64,000 nt of DNA, taken from assembly GCA_043228905.1 (NCBI GenBank), contig JBHGNT010000005.1, positions 10,230,001 through 10,294,000 on the forward strand, in the 5' to 3' direction. Below are positions 1-11,937 of the stretch, piece by piece; positions within the stretch are counted from its first letter, which is position 1, and each line of letters opens with the position of its first letter. The notes under the pieces are model-generated. The model was not told the DNA's origin, did not search any database, and saw nothing but the letters and a program-made list of their open reading frames with translations. The translations under genes were made by a program, and so were the position numbers. The DNA is from Azolla caroliniana. Lineage: Eukaryota > Plantae > Polypodiophyta.

Positions 1-1253
1 GAAACATATATGTCAAGAGTCCTTATTTTCCCCTCATTTACCACAAACTTTGTTGGTACATTACCTAACCTCAAGTCTCGTAATTACAATGGCATACACC
101 AAAGTGCAACCTAATGGTCAAGCCAAATGAGCCCTCTTTTCGTAGTAGGCCCACGTGGCCCATCACATGGTTACGTCATTACGAATGCCTTTCGTAAGAA
201 TGATCTCATGGTGGCATCGTATCCATGTAATGAGGGAGGGATGTTGGATATGTGTGTCATAAGAGCGACCTCACATCAAGTGGGTCAAGCCCTACGTTCT
301 CAACACCATTGTGGCTAAGATTGTTTCATTACGTAATGAAATCGAAGTCACCAATGGGGATGTCAACAATAAAAATTTGTTGAAAAATGGATGGGGACAA
401 TGCCATTCTCACAAAAATGTGAGGACGGCCACCAAGATCCTTTCCCCAAAAAGGGAAATATTTGATATTGAAATCATGTAATAACTTATATACACATATG
501 TATATTATCACATATATACGATCAAATACGTATACACGTGACCGCATATGCATACATAAAAGAAATCGTAATATAAAATAGCCAAAAATGATGTAATCCA
601 GATATGTAATCGAGGCATATACCCTCTACGCACATGAAACATCTAAAAGTAAGGGTTAATCGTAATACGCAATTGAGGTAGTGACCTCATACGCATACGA
701 CATGAAACACATATCATTTACATACAAATCAAGGTAATGACCTCATACGCAAACGTAACATATGTTTGTGAACGTAATACATATTGAGGTATTAACCTCG
801 TACGCATACAACAATAATCACATATTAAATATATGTCAAATGAGGTATTGACCTCGTGCACATATGTAAACGTTTTATATAACCAATTAATTACCACTAC
901 AACATCTTTGAATTAATGATTTTTTTTTACATATGACCATGTCCCATACCACCACCGTGGCGTCGAGTCGTACATGGTGCTGGCGCGCTCGCTCCAAGAG
1001 TTGAACCACCACGAAACAGAGTCTCGACGTAGTCAAAAGATGATGAAATGAGGGTAGCTAGGCCTCTTATTTATAGCGATACCCAAGGCCCCCAGGAAAG
1101 TGCACACTTGACCTAATGGGTTGTCTTAATGCCAAGGATTAAAAGTAATCCTCCCCTTCTTTACACTCTCGTTTAACCCTCACACTTATCCACGTGTATA
1201 GAATACTACGGTAAATTCGCACCACGGGATATTATATGGTCACGCTCGTAACA
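1..1253 (-). mobile_element. Long LTR (5' end at 1253, TGTTACGAGC... on the minus strand), probably of a chromovirus-type gypsy family; inserted into the 5' LTR of Trp element A
   Basis: 1135-1253 is homologous to 16666-16782 and both end in ...TAACA. Its minus-strand TATA region (GGGGCCT...TATAAATA.GAGGCCTAGCTACCCTCAT) matches 48437-48480, which lies downstream of a chromovirus pol. Confidence 0.55.
608..870. repeat. About 5 degenerate ~56-bp tandem units with a GAGGT-N4-ACCTC palindrome core, inside the LTR
   Basis: Cores near 611, 675, 731, 786 and 841, each followed by (A/G)TACGCA or a close variant. Confidence 0.6.
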
Positions 1254-1551
1254 TCTTCTTCTTCTTCTTCTTCTTCTTATCCCCTATCCGGTTAGGGTTT
1301 CATCTAGAGGGTTTACATTCAGCCTACACAGACATGATTGTAATTGGTGTGGTGCTTTCCATAATGTATCTTGTCTTGTTTAGATTTTATTCTCTTGAAT
1401 CTTAATCTCTCAAATCTTAATCTCTCGAATCTTAATCTTTCTCTTCCTTCTTGGTTGAACTCCCAAGCTTCTCTCCCTCCTCTTACTCCCTAGTCCAAGA
1501 CCCCCGTGTTCCCGTCCTATCCAACACGCACGCGCGGATTTCCACGACATT

Positions 1552-1569
1552 TGGTGAACCCGACGTGAA
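1552..1569 (+). promoter_or_regulatory. Primer binding site complementary to the tRNA-Trp 3' end
   Basis: TGGTGAACCCGACGTGAA is the reverse complement of the plant tRNA-Trp(CCA) 3' end ...TTCACGTCGGGTTCACCA (tRNA recalled from memory). Identical copies at 41296-41313 and 59138-59155. Confidence 0.85.
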
Positions 1570-1590
1570 GGGCGGCAAGGGAGGACGAGG

Positions 1591-2052
1591 ATGGAAGCTT
1601 CATTAGAGGCATACGGGTACAAGAAACCGGAGGAGAGAAGTTGGCATGAGTTCGATCGATGGGTGGCGTCGGTGAAGGCCCGTCGAAGCGTGATGGAAGC
1701 ATTCCAAGAGTTCAAGCGTCGTTTTGCTCAACTCTTGGAGCGGGATCGGAGATCGGTGGGGGCGGACAAAGTCCTCCTATTTTTGAAGACAGTCCATCGG
1801 GAGGAAAGGATGGACATTTTATTCGAGCTCGAAGATGATCATGGAGCACACGGCCTCACCGATGATTGGTCCGAAGTGCAGTGGGTATGTCGGCAACATG
1901 ATGAGAAGCGGTCGGCCACGACATGGACCACGAGCGGCGGAGAAGAGAGGGTGGTGAGTGACTACGCACTATCGCCGGAAGAGAGCTCAACGCATAATGG
2001 TTCGGAGGAGTTCGACCTAGAAGCATTGATAGGGAGGCGTACGAGATCGTGA
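1591..2052 (+). pseudogene. gag: N-terminally deleted gag (capsid-like) fragment of element A
   Basis: EFDRWVAS...EFKRRFAQL...DKVLLF...LEDDHGAHGLTDDW aligns with the element C ORF 59370-60731. Frameshifted afterwards. Confidence 0.7.
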
Positions 2053-4451
2053 AGTCAAAGATCGAAGCTGAAGAGGGGTTTATTAAGGAGTCAGGTCCAA
2101 GAGGATTGGAGGATGCGGAGGAAGACGCCTCCCTACGCACGGAGGACGAGGCCTATGTGGAGGCAAAAAGAGTGTATGACGGCCACATGGGAGAGGGTGC
2201 AGAGTGAGCGACCCTCTCGTCTTGCAGAAAAGGGACGTCCATGGAGAAGGCCAGAGACTACGGAGCGGGGAGCGCCACTTCAAGAGTGGGCAGAAGTTTT
2301 GGGACATGGTTGCCAGAAACATCGAGCGGGGAGGAAGCAAGCGTAATCGAGGCTTGCGCGATTGGGGAGGGGGTAGCCACAGACAACGACATCTGGATGG
2401 AGGTGGTTACGGACATGATGAGCGGTGGTGCCGAGACCTTGCTCACACCAGTTCTTGAGACTTTGGTGGTCGGCCACGAGGGCCTACGTGAGACCGGAGA
2501 GACGTACGGTGGCGACAGCAAAGCAGTTGACCAAGACAACAACAAGGTGAAGGAGGAAGATTGAACCGGACGGAGGTGAGACCCCTCGACACCGGTGCTG
2601 GAGGCTTATGGCGGTTGCGCTCGAGTGCCAACATAAGACCGAAGAGATGGCAGGTGGCGGCGAGGAGTTGGAGATTGAAGTGGATGGCGATGCCGAAGCA
2701 TGTATCGAGTGCAGAATGACGACAATGAAGGGGGGAGATTCTGACGCGGAGGTCGGGACTACGGTGAGTGAAGGCCGAAAAATGAAGCATGCACTACAGC
2801 CGCTCGAGGGCGAAGAAACAAGCATGCACCCGGAGGAGCCGCAACGAGTGATCGACGATAGAGGTCGGGTCGAGCCTTTGAGAAGCAAGTACAGGAAGAA
2901 AGACGACGCGGCAAGGTGCCGAGATCGACGAAACGAGCCGAGCGAGATTGGCATGAGCGGAGGGTTGTGTCTAGGGAAACGGAGGAGGCGCATGGAGAAC
3001 GAAGGGCTATGCACCGGGAAGAGCAAACACAACATCCTGAAGGATGGATGGGGCCGAGCGGGTCGAGAGGGTGTTCATCAAGATGAAGTGGTAACGTGAT
3101 CCATAGAGGACATCGAAGCGGGGATCCCCGACGCGAATGTCGGGATAGAGGTACACCCTACTGTGAGAGAGCACCACGGGCAAGGTCGAAATGGGGAACG
3201 TGTAATGTGGTCACATGAGGACCTAAGAAGGAGCGCATATTCGGAGGTCAACATTGATGCATGGATAGAGCCTATGGAAGGCAAGCGCGGAACGGAGGGA
3301 GACGACACACCTAGGTGCTTGGGACGAGGAGACGGTCGGGCCGAAGGAGGAACATACGAGGTGTGTGAGGGATGGTATCTGACATGCGGTTAGAGTGGTC
3401 AAGAGTCCAATCGGAGGACACACGCGGCGGACAAAGGAAGAGCAATCGGATCAACGTCATCGTTCGGGAGGTCTACTACGACCGGCCGGGGAGGAAGGTG
3501 CTAGCATTGTATATGGTGGATCGGATGGAGCCGATGGTTCGGGGACATGTGGCGGACATGGTGGATCGGGAGGCTACGATGGTTCGTATGGGAAGGATGG
3601 GCATGCTCGAAATGGAAGATGAAGGCAGGCAAGGCCATCGAGGAAGCGGCGGAACTTGGTTAATCACCATTGCCGAAAATCTCACCTCTTTCCCTTTCTT
3701 GGCACATACCAGTGGATGTGCGGTTTGATGGGGGTGGATGTCGTGAGGATTTCGGCCATGGTGGGAAAACCAAGTGGAATGGATAAAATGGGGATGTGCA
3801 ACATTGCACATGCACTTGGAAGATTTGTAAAAGAAACAAATGTAAAAAAGGAAGGGTAAATGTAAGGTTTTAAAAGTGCACTACGAAAATTCATAAAGTG
3901 TAAATGTGATGTGCACTTATGTGCACATGCACATGTAGACTAAAGGGAGAGTACATGAAGTATGGGTGTAGTGAGTAGTGGGCATAGTGTGTGTGTGAGG
4001 AGAGGGAGTTAAGGCTCCATCAATCTCTCCTCCTTAGATCAAGGCCAAATATTCCCCCATTGAAAGGGGGGGGGTTGACCTCTTCTTTATGTATTGTGCC
4101 TCACCCCTTATTACTATAAAAGGGAGTGAGGGGCCATTTTTGAGGGGCTTCCACTTTTTTGGGTTTCTTTGGGTTGCCATTAGGGTTTCGGAATTTTGGG
4201 TTTTAGGATCTCGTTTTAGGAATTTCATTCGTTTTCTTCTTCTTCTTCTTTTCCCCTATCCGGTCATGGTTGTAATTGGTGTGGTGCTTTCCATAATGTA
4301 TCTTGTCTTGTTTAGAACTTATTCTCTTGAATCTTAATCTTTCTCTTCCTTCTCGGTTGAACTCCCAAGATTCTCTCCCTCCTCTTACTCCCTAGTCCAA
4401 GACCCCCGTGTTCCCGTCCTATCTGACATGCACGCGCGGATTTCCATGACA

Positions 4452-7380
4452 CTGTGCTGAAGACAAAGGATCATGTGTTATCCGTCTTCAAAGAGTTCCA
4501 AGCGAGGGCTGAGAGGGAAACCGGCCGAAAATTGAAGGTAGTCTGAGTGGACAATGGCGGAGAGTACCACGGACCGTTCAAAGAATATTGCCGAGCATAG
4601 GGAATCCGGCTTGAGTATACTGTGCCGAAGACACCAAAGCTTAATAAGCTGTCTGAGAGAATGAACCAGACCGTGATGGAGAGGGTCCGAAGTATGCTTG
4701 CACATGCGATGTTACCGAATTTGTTCTAGGTGGAGGCGGTCATGACAACAACGTATGTGATAAAATGATCACCCTCAGTACCCTTGGACGGTGATATTCC
4801 ACAAAGGGTGTGGAGCGGCAAAGACATATCATACCGACAGTTGAGGGTGTTTAACTGTCTTGCCTATGTGCATGTTGCAAAGGACCAGAGGGGGAATCTG
4901 GACCCGAAATCTCGGCCATGTATATTTCTCGGCTACGACAACGACGAATTCGCATATTGGGTATGGAACTTAGCCGAGAAGAAGGTGATCCAGAGCTGAG
5001 ACATTGTCTTCATGGAAGAGAAGACGAAAGTTGATTGGGAGTTTGAGAATAAGTCTCCAACTACTTAATCGAGCGAAGTCGATGCTCGACCGAATCGAGT
5101 AGAAGTTGATTCGATTGAAATCGAATCCGAGTTAATCGACCGATTTAGTACTCGGCAAAATCAAGAACCGACTGAAGAACAAGGGGAACCGACCGAACGA
5201 GGAAACAAATTTGCCTCAGATGAAGAAGTCAAAGAAGAATCGACCGTGCCGAATGGAGGCCGAAGATATCCCCTAAGTGAATGAAGGAGCCCCTGAAGAT
5301 TTCTGGATGTAGAGTGTGTACTGCTAACCGATGAGGAGGAACTGAAAAGCTTTGAAGAAGCTAAGAACGATACCCACAACCGAAAGTGGTTAAGTGCCAT
5401 GGAAGAGGAGATGGATTCCTTGCATGAGAACCACAAATACGAATTGACCGAGTTGCCGAAAGGGAAGAAGGCACTACAGAATAAGTGGGTATACAAGTTG
5501 AAACCGGGAGATGGCGGGAATCCACCCTGGTACAAAGCACAAATTGTTGTGAAGGGCTTTTAGCAGAAGAAGGGTGTCGATTTCGACGAAATATTTGCCC
5601 TAGTTGTAAAGATGACGTCAATCCGAACAGTGCTAAGCATTGCGACTAGCATGGATCTCGAAGTCGAGTAGGTAGACGTCAAGACTGCGTTCCTTCATGG
5701 AGATTTGGAGGAAAATATTTAGATGCACCAGCCGGAAGGATTCGAGGAAAAAGATAATGAGAACTTGATATGCCGATTGAGAAAGAGTTTGTATGGAATG
5801 AAGCAAGCACCTCGCCAATGGCACCGAAAATTCGAATCCTTGATGACCGACAATGGGTATCACAAAATGCATGCCGATCACTGCATGTTTATAAAGAAAT
5901 TTGATGGAGGAGATTTCCTCATACTCCTATTGTACGTGGACGAAATGCTAATTGTCGTATGAGACCCGAGGAAAATTGGAAGCTTGAAGAAGGCCTTGAG
6001 TAAGTCATTCTCGATGAAAGATATGGGTCCGGCAAAACAGATCTTGGGAATGCACATTGTTCAGGATCGAACAAATAAATTGTTATGGCTATCACAGGAG
6101 AAGTACATGACAAAAGTGCTCTAGAGATTTAGCATGGAAAGCGCGAAACCGGTCGGCTTGACACTGCCAACAAATTGTAAGCTAAGTAAAGATCAATGTT
6201 CGAAATCGAAAACTGGGAAGGCCTAGATGTCAAAAGTCCCTTATGCCTCAACAGTCAGAAGCCTGATGTACGCAGTGGTGTGTACAAGGCCGGACATTGG
6301 ATACGTAGTCATCATGGTCAACCGATATATGAGCAATCCCGGAAGAGAGCATTAGGTCACTATCAAGTGGATACTGCGATACCTAAGAGGCACCTCGAGT
6401 GTGTGTCTACAATTTGGCTCGGGTAACCCCACACCAAAAGGTTACACGGATTCGGACATGTCGACTGATGCGGATACCAGCTGATCCACGTCTGGGTACG
6501 TGATGACTTGTGCAGGGGGGGCCGTTTCATGGCAGTCGAGGCTGCAGAAGGCCGTGGCATTGTCGACCACGGAAGCCGAGTACATGGCCGCATCGGAAGC
6601 CGGCAAGGAAATCATATGGATGAAGGAGTTTATCGGTGAGTTGGGAATTTGGCAAGAAGAATTCCGATTCTACTGCGATAATCAGAGTGCCATCCACCTT
6701 GTGAAGAATGCCGCCCACCACTCGAGGACCAAGCACATCTAGAGGAGATATCACTAGCTCCAAGAGTGAGTAGAAGAAAGGGAGTTTGCTCTAGTAAAAG
6801 TGCATACAACGGAGAACGAGTTGGACATGCTAACAACGGTGATGTCGGCTGAAAAGTTGAACGAGGGCCGACAATGGGTTGGATTGGTGAAGTACCCCAT
6901 GTTGGAGTGAAGGGGGAGTTTGTTGGGAAAACAGGTCCCTCCGGATGGGAAGAAGAGAACGAACCGAATCAAAGACACATGGGTAACTCAGCCTTGGCCG
7001 AAATCAAAACCGAAATCGAAATATAACTGATTCAGGAGACTATATCTGTAAATAGTTTGAATGTGCCCATGTGAGCTATATTTGTAAATAGCCAAAACGT
7101 TGTATAAGTATAAATGCAACTAGGGCAAACTTTATGATGTATGTGTTATCATTATTAGTGTTTACATAGTTAGTGAAGGTTGCTGCCTCTGTAACTGTGT
7201 GTGTGTGTGAGAGAGAGAGAGAGAGTTAGTGTGTGTAACTCTGTAACCGTCTGTTTGTCAGGTGAAGAAGATCTCAAGGTCATCGCCTTAGAGTGTCTTA
7301 TTGTACTACCTCTCATCATAGTGATCTGTTTGGAGTTTATGGAATCCACGTGGTTTTTCCCTTCCGGGTTTTCCACATAA
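4452..7380 (+). mobile_element. Copia-X (Tnt1/Tork-like) degenerate INT-RT-RNaseH, PPT ~6907-6920 and truncated 3' LTR 6921-~7380
   Basis: Motifs LLLYVDEML, GAVSWQSRLQKAVALSTTEAEY and HSRTKHI. Colinear with the intact copy at 50981-53548 but with many stops. PPT GTGAAGGGGGAGTT is followed by TGTTGGGA. Confidence 0.92.
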
Positions 7381-9740
7381 AGATGAGGCTTCCGACAATC
7401 TGTCAGAACCGTGTTGCGTCACATGCTGCTCCCGATCCTTGGTGGAGCTTAACATTTCAATCCAGAGGGGTGGAGACGGATTTGCAATACGCCATCCGGA
7501 ACTTGAAGAGCATATTCAACACATAATGGCATTGGCCGATCAATATGCCTTCGGGGGCACGGACCACTTCGATCCCGAAGAAGTAATGAAGGTCCCCCAG
7601 ATCCGTCATTTCAAATGATGCCGCAAGCTGAGACTTTACTCGGCCGATTTCTCGAAGGACGGCACCGGCGATGACTAAATCATCAACATATAGTAGAATG
7701 CTAATCGGTTTGCTCTGACTCTTCCAAATGAATAATGAAGAGTCCAATTTCGATGGAGCAGACCCCATCTTACACAGTGTTCCAGGCACATAGGGCTTGC
7801 TTAAGTCCATACAACGACTTCTTCAAATGGCAAAATGCCATGGTGTTTCGTTCAAATAGAAATCCGGGGGGTTGTATCATGTACACTTGTTCCTCAAGAT
7901 GGCCTTGTAAGAACACATTATTTATATCCATTTGATGTAAGTGCCACCCCTTTCCCATTGATATTGCCAGCAATACACAGACAGTTGTCATCTTCGCAAC
8001 CGACGTGAAGGTGTCATCGTAATCGATGCCATGTTTCTGCGCATAGCCCTTGGCCACCAATCAGGCCTTATAGCGGTTGACCGAGCCATCGGTGTTGCAC
8101 TTGACCTTGTACACCCACTTGCAACAGATTGGCTTCACAAACTTGGGGGTATCAACCAGGTCCCTTGTCTCGTTTTCCGATAATGCTCGCACCTCTTCCT
8201 CCATGGCTTTCTGCCACATGGCGTCTTTCATCGCTTCTGCATAGGTCGCTGGCTCACGCACTTTAACCACCTTCGCCATATACGCATAATGATGCACCAT
8301 GTACTCATTATACCCATACCGAATTACGGGATTCTTCTGGTGGGTGGATCAACACAACTTCTGGTTCGCCAAATTCGTGGACCTCTCGGTTGACTTTGAC
8401 CTTGTTTTTGGAGGTGTCTCCTTGCTTCTGGCCGCGTCGGATTCGCTTCGATCCGATGTTTCGGCCTCGGTGCCATATTCTAGCATCTTCATCTTCCCCT
8501 TCTCCTTGCGCATAAACCGTCTTCTTGGTTTCTGGCATGGGGACTACACGACCGAGTCTCCATTAGTCGTCGGCTCTTCATCCGACTGGTCGTTCCGACT
8601 CAGTTGCTCATTCAGCCCACAAAATCAGACTCTCTTTTAGAGTTTCGATTTCCTTTTCCTTGAGGGGCATCTCGGCCTCACTAGCCTCATCCTCACAATC
8701 AGTATGTAGTGGAGGGGGATTGGAGATGGAGGCAAGTACCACGAACCCGATTCGTCGAATACGACATCTTAGCTTACTCAGACCTCTTTCGTTCGGGGGT
8801 TATAACACTTATAACCCTTTTGTTCATCTGAGAGGCTGACCAAGATACACTTCGCGGCTTTTGTGTCTAGCTTCCTCCTCTTCTCCATCGGCACATGCAC
8901 ATATGCTATGCTATTGAACACCTTCAAATGTGCCAAATTCAGTTTCTTCTCGAAGTATAGCTCATGTGGCAACAATCCTCCATTTGCAGATGTCTGATTT
9001 TGTGGGTAAACGACAGTTTTGACTGCGTCAGCCCAGTAGAACTTCGGCATATGCTTCTCCTCAAGAATTTCCCTAGACGCTTCCTCTATCATCTGATTCT
9101 TCCGCTTGGCCACACCATTCTGCTCCGGTGTGTATCTACACGAAAATTCGCGTTGAATTCCTTCCTTTTGCAGATAACAAGCAAACTAGTCCGAAAAGTA
9201 CTCTTTTCCACCATCGAACATTAGGCACTTGATCTTTCTACTAGTCTCCCATTCTACAAGGCTCTTTACCTTCAAGAAACAAGAGAAGACTTCGATTTTC
9301 TTCTTCATCAAGCACACCCAAGTGTAGTCATCGATGAAGGTCACAAAGTAACGATTTCCATTGATACTCACGTTCTACGCCAATCCCCATACATCTGAGT
9401 GGATCAAATCGAGCTTGTTTCAGCTCCGATTTCTTTCGTTTGGGAACGGAAGTTGGTGATGCTTCCCGAATTGGCAGGCTTCGCAGACTTGGCCCTTTCG
9501 GCTACTAAACTTTGGCAAGCCGAAAATGATGTTTTTCGTTTGCATCTCCCAAAGCCGCGCGAAGTTGATATCGCCGAACCGCTTGTGCCACAAGTCGATA
9601 TCCAATTCGACTTTTTTCCCCTTGGAGAACATGGCGGTTCTGACGTCTTTTGTTTTGAGGATAAACATCCTCCCTTCTCAGCGCCCTTGCGCGATGATCT
9701 TGCTTTCTTCCTCTATGAAGCACCCGAGGTGAGTAAATCG
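7381..9740 (-). mobile_element. Copia-Y degenerate internal fragment (GAG-pre-integrase, INT, RT)
   Basis: DLWHKRFGD, CEACQFGKHH, FVTFIDDY, VAKGYAQKHGIDY, LLYVDDLVI. Confidence 0.9.
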
Positions 9741-9945
9741 GGTTGGGAATTCGATCCCTCTGGATGGGGTAGGATGAGCCGGATCTGATGGACCCGGAAG
9801 GATATTTGGAAGCTAGACTAAATGGATCTGTTGGGGGTCTGGCCGGATCCGATGGGAACCATCAGAAAATAGCCTATGTCCCTATATGTGCGATACTTGT
9901 AAATAGCCTGAAAAGTTATTCGAGTTGAGTGTTGCTATTGTATAG

Positions 9946-9980
<35 letters not shown>
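9741..9980 (+). mobile_element. Copia-X LTR 5' fragment ending in an (AG)n tract
   Basis: GTTGGGAATTCGATCCCTCTGGATGGG matches the Copia-X LTR starts at 6921, 34662 and 50970. Cut by the next element. Confidence 0.7.
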
Positions 9981-9985
<5 letters not shown>

Positions 9986-10482
9986 TGATATGTCAAGATT
10001 CGAACCCATAACCTTATGTTACACAGGTCGAGCTCTTGACCATTAAACTATACATTGTAATACAAAAGATATTATTTTCATTTATTATAGAAAGTAGATG
10101 TATATTCCAGATTTCTCTAGAACATTCTAGAAACTTCAGGAGTACTCCTGAGAACACTATAAAAGGAGGCACAAGGCATTATTTCGAACCAAATCGGTTC
10201 AACGCCAGTCTTAAGCCTCCTAGCTACTATTGTATATTCTCTTCACATAATATATATATTTTGTTATCATCATTCTCTCTCTCCCTCTCACTCTTTCCTT
10301 CTCTCGAGAGTTCTACATGTCCCTTAGTACTAATCCTCATGTTTTAGTACTAATTCCTTTTCTGTCTTAGTACAGTTTCTGACAGTGTGAACCGATTTGT
10401 AGTCTCCTTCATTCTCTTCCTTTTATCATTTTACTTCACCCTCCCTTCATACTAATCTTTTATTCATCTTTTCTCTCATACT

Positions 10483-11626
10483 ATGTCAACTGTTAGCGCT
10501 CAAGAATATCAATCCGTTTTCTCGGAGTTGCAATGCTTGAAAGAGAAGTTTCTAGCATTGGAACAAGAAAATCAACGGCTGTTGGGGGAGCTTCAACAAA
10601 TCTCCTTAGAGAAGCAGAAGACGCAACTACAACATGGGGAACTAACGTTACGCGTGCAACAGCTCGAAGCGACCATTGTAGCGTTGCAACAACAAGGACC
10701 AAGTACACAAGGGATTCATAAAGAACCCAAGATCAGGCTTCCTATGAAATTCCGATGGAATGCGATCATAGTTTAGAGGATTCCTTAATCAGGTACGATT
10801 AGTCATTCAAATGCATCCTTCCCGATATCCCACCGATGCATCACGACTGGGTCTAGTAGGCACGTTGTTAAGTGGCTCAACTTTGGCATGGTTCGCTCTG
10901 TTGTTAGAAAAGGAATCTCCATTACTAAATTTTTTTGAAGAGTTTATAAGTGAGTTTAAAGCCTGTTTTGGAGTTAGTAACAACATAAGGAAAACAATCA
11001 ACAAAATCTGACAATTACATCAAGGTGATCGTCCAGCCTCCGCATACGCCGCAGATTTCTGTCTACTTGCCTCCGATATCCCTTGGGATGACCAAGCATT
11101 AATGGAGCAATTTCGTTATGGCCTACGTAACGATGTCAAGGATTTACTCTTGACCTTCCCCAAAGAACCAAACTCATTGACAGAAGCAATCAGTCACGTA
11201 GTACGATGCGATAACCGCCTCTTCGAACGACGTTCGGAACATCAGTTTCAAATGCCGAGGGCAAGATCGGAGCTCACCTATGCTGCATTTGTAGCAAAGG
11301 CTTTCCCAAGGGAGTCATTTAATATGTCTCCAACAAATACTCCGACTCCAATGGAAATCAAAACCACACGTCGTCGCAGACCCCTATCAGAAGAAGAAAA
11401 GCAATGACGCCATGCAAATCGATTATGTCTTTATTGCGGTGGACCGCGTCATATTGTAGTGAACTGTCCCCATCGGCCAAGAAGGTAGGTAAATCAAATA
11501 AATGCTAGTACTAATAGTACTAAACCCGAGTCTATTTCTCTAGGTGTGTCTGATAGTCCTAATAGCCCAATCCTTTCAAACAAATTTGAAATCCTTAGTC
11601 AACTAGAAGAAGAGTTAAACGATTAA
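10483..11626 (+). pseudogene. gag: Tcn1-like gag (coiled coil, capsid, zinc knuckle), with a frameshift and stops
   Basis: EPKIRLP.KF, LLSGSTLAWF, WDDQALMEQFRYGL, PTPMEI, and a zinc knuckle LCLYCGGPRHIVVNCP read through the TGA at 11405. Confidence 0.85.
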
Positions 11627-11658
11627 GTCCAACCAAAATAGAGGCCGTTTGGTTGGAC
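11614..11658 (+). promoter_or_regulatory. -1 programmed ribosomal frameshift signal at the gag/pro junction
   Basis: G TTA AAC in gag register, a 6-nt spacer, then a perfect 11-bp stem GTCCAACCAAA/TTTGGTTGGAC. The protease ORF (11653) is in the -1 frame. Confidence 0.8.
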
Positions 11659-11937
11659 ATCCCTAGATCTATTCAACCCATTAGTGGTTCCATTTCCTCT
11701 AAGCAAGTTAGCAATGTGTTCTTAGCTCAAGTAATGGTTTGTACTAAAAGTACTCCTCTAGTACATGTCTTAGCACTCTTAGATTCCGGAGCCAACTCTT
11801 GCTTCATGGATATGAATTTTGCCCAAGCTCATGAGGTATCCTTAAGAAAACTTTCTTGCCCAACATATGTAGTAGTTATTGATGGTCATCTCATTGCTTC
11901 CGGAAAAATCGTAGAGGAGTCAGAGCCGATTCAAGTT

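Larger units (their letters stand above)
1254..4451 (+). mobile_element. Gag-only non-autonomous LTR retrotransposon, tRNA-Trp primed (element A). Partial 5' LTR 1254-1549, 3' LTR 3739-4451
   Basis: 1254-1549 matches ~4235-4451 as a direct repeat. Termini TGTCGTG...CA(C/T)GACA, PBS at 1552-1569, G-rich PPT at ~3727-3738. The 2.2-kb internal region has no RT or integrase motifs. Confidence 0.85.
9981..11937 (+). mobile_element. Tcn1/Tf1-like chromovirus 5' part: LTR ~9981-10384, self-priming site, gag and start of protease
   Basis: LTR termini (T>A)GTCA...TGACA and TATA at 10158. The gag is PEG10/Sushi-type. Protease motif ALLDSGANSCFMD. Confidence 0.8.

Noticed and set aside
675-683. let-7-like TGAGGTAGT
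   Set aside because: A nine-base chance match within an LTR tandem repeat in a plant sequence.
9984-10055. Functional tRNA genes (also 58503-58572)
   Set aside because: A and B boxes are present but the acceptor and anticodon stems do not pair. Kept only as tRNA-like cassettes.
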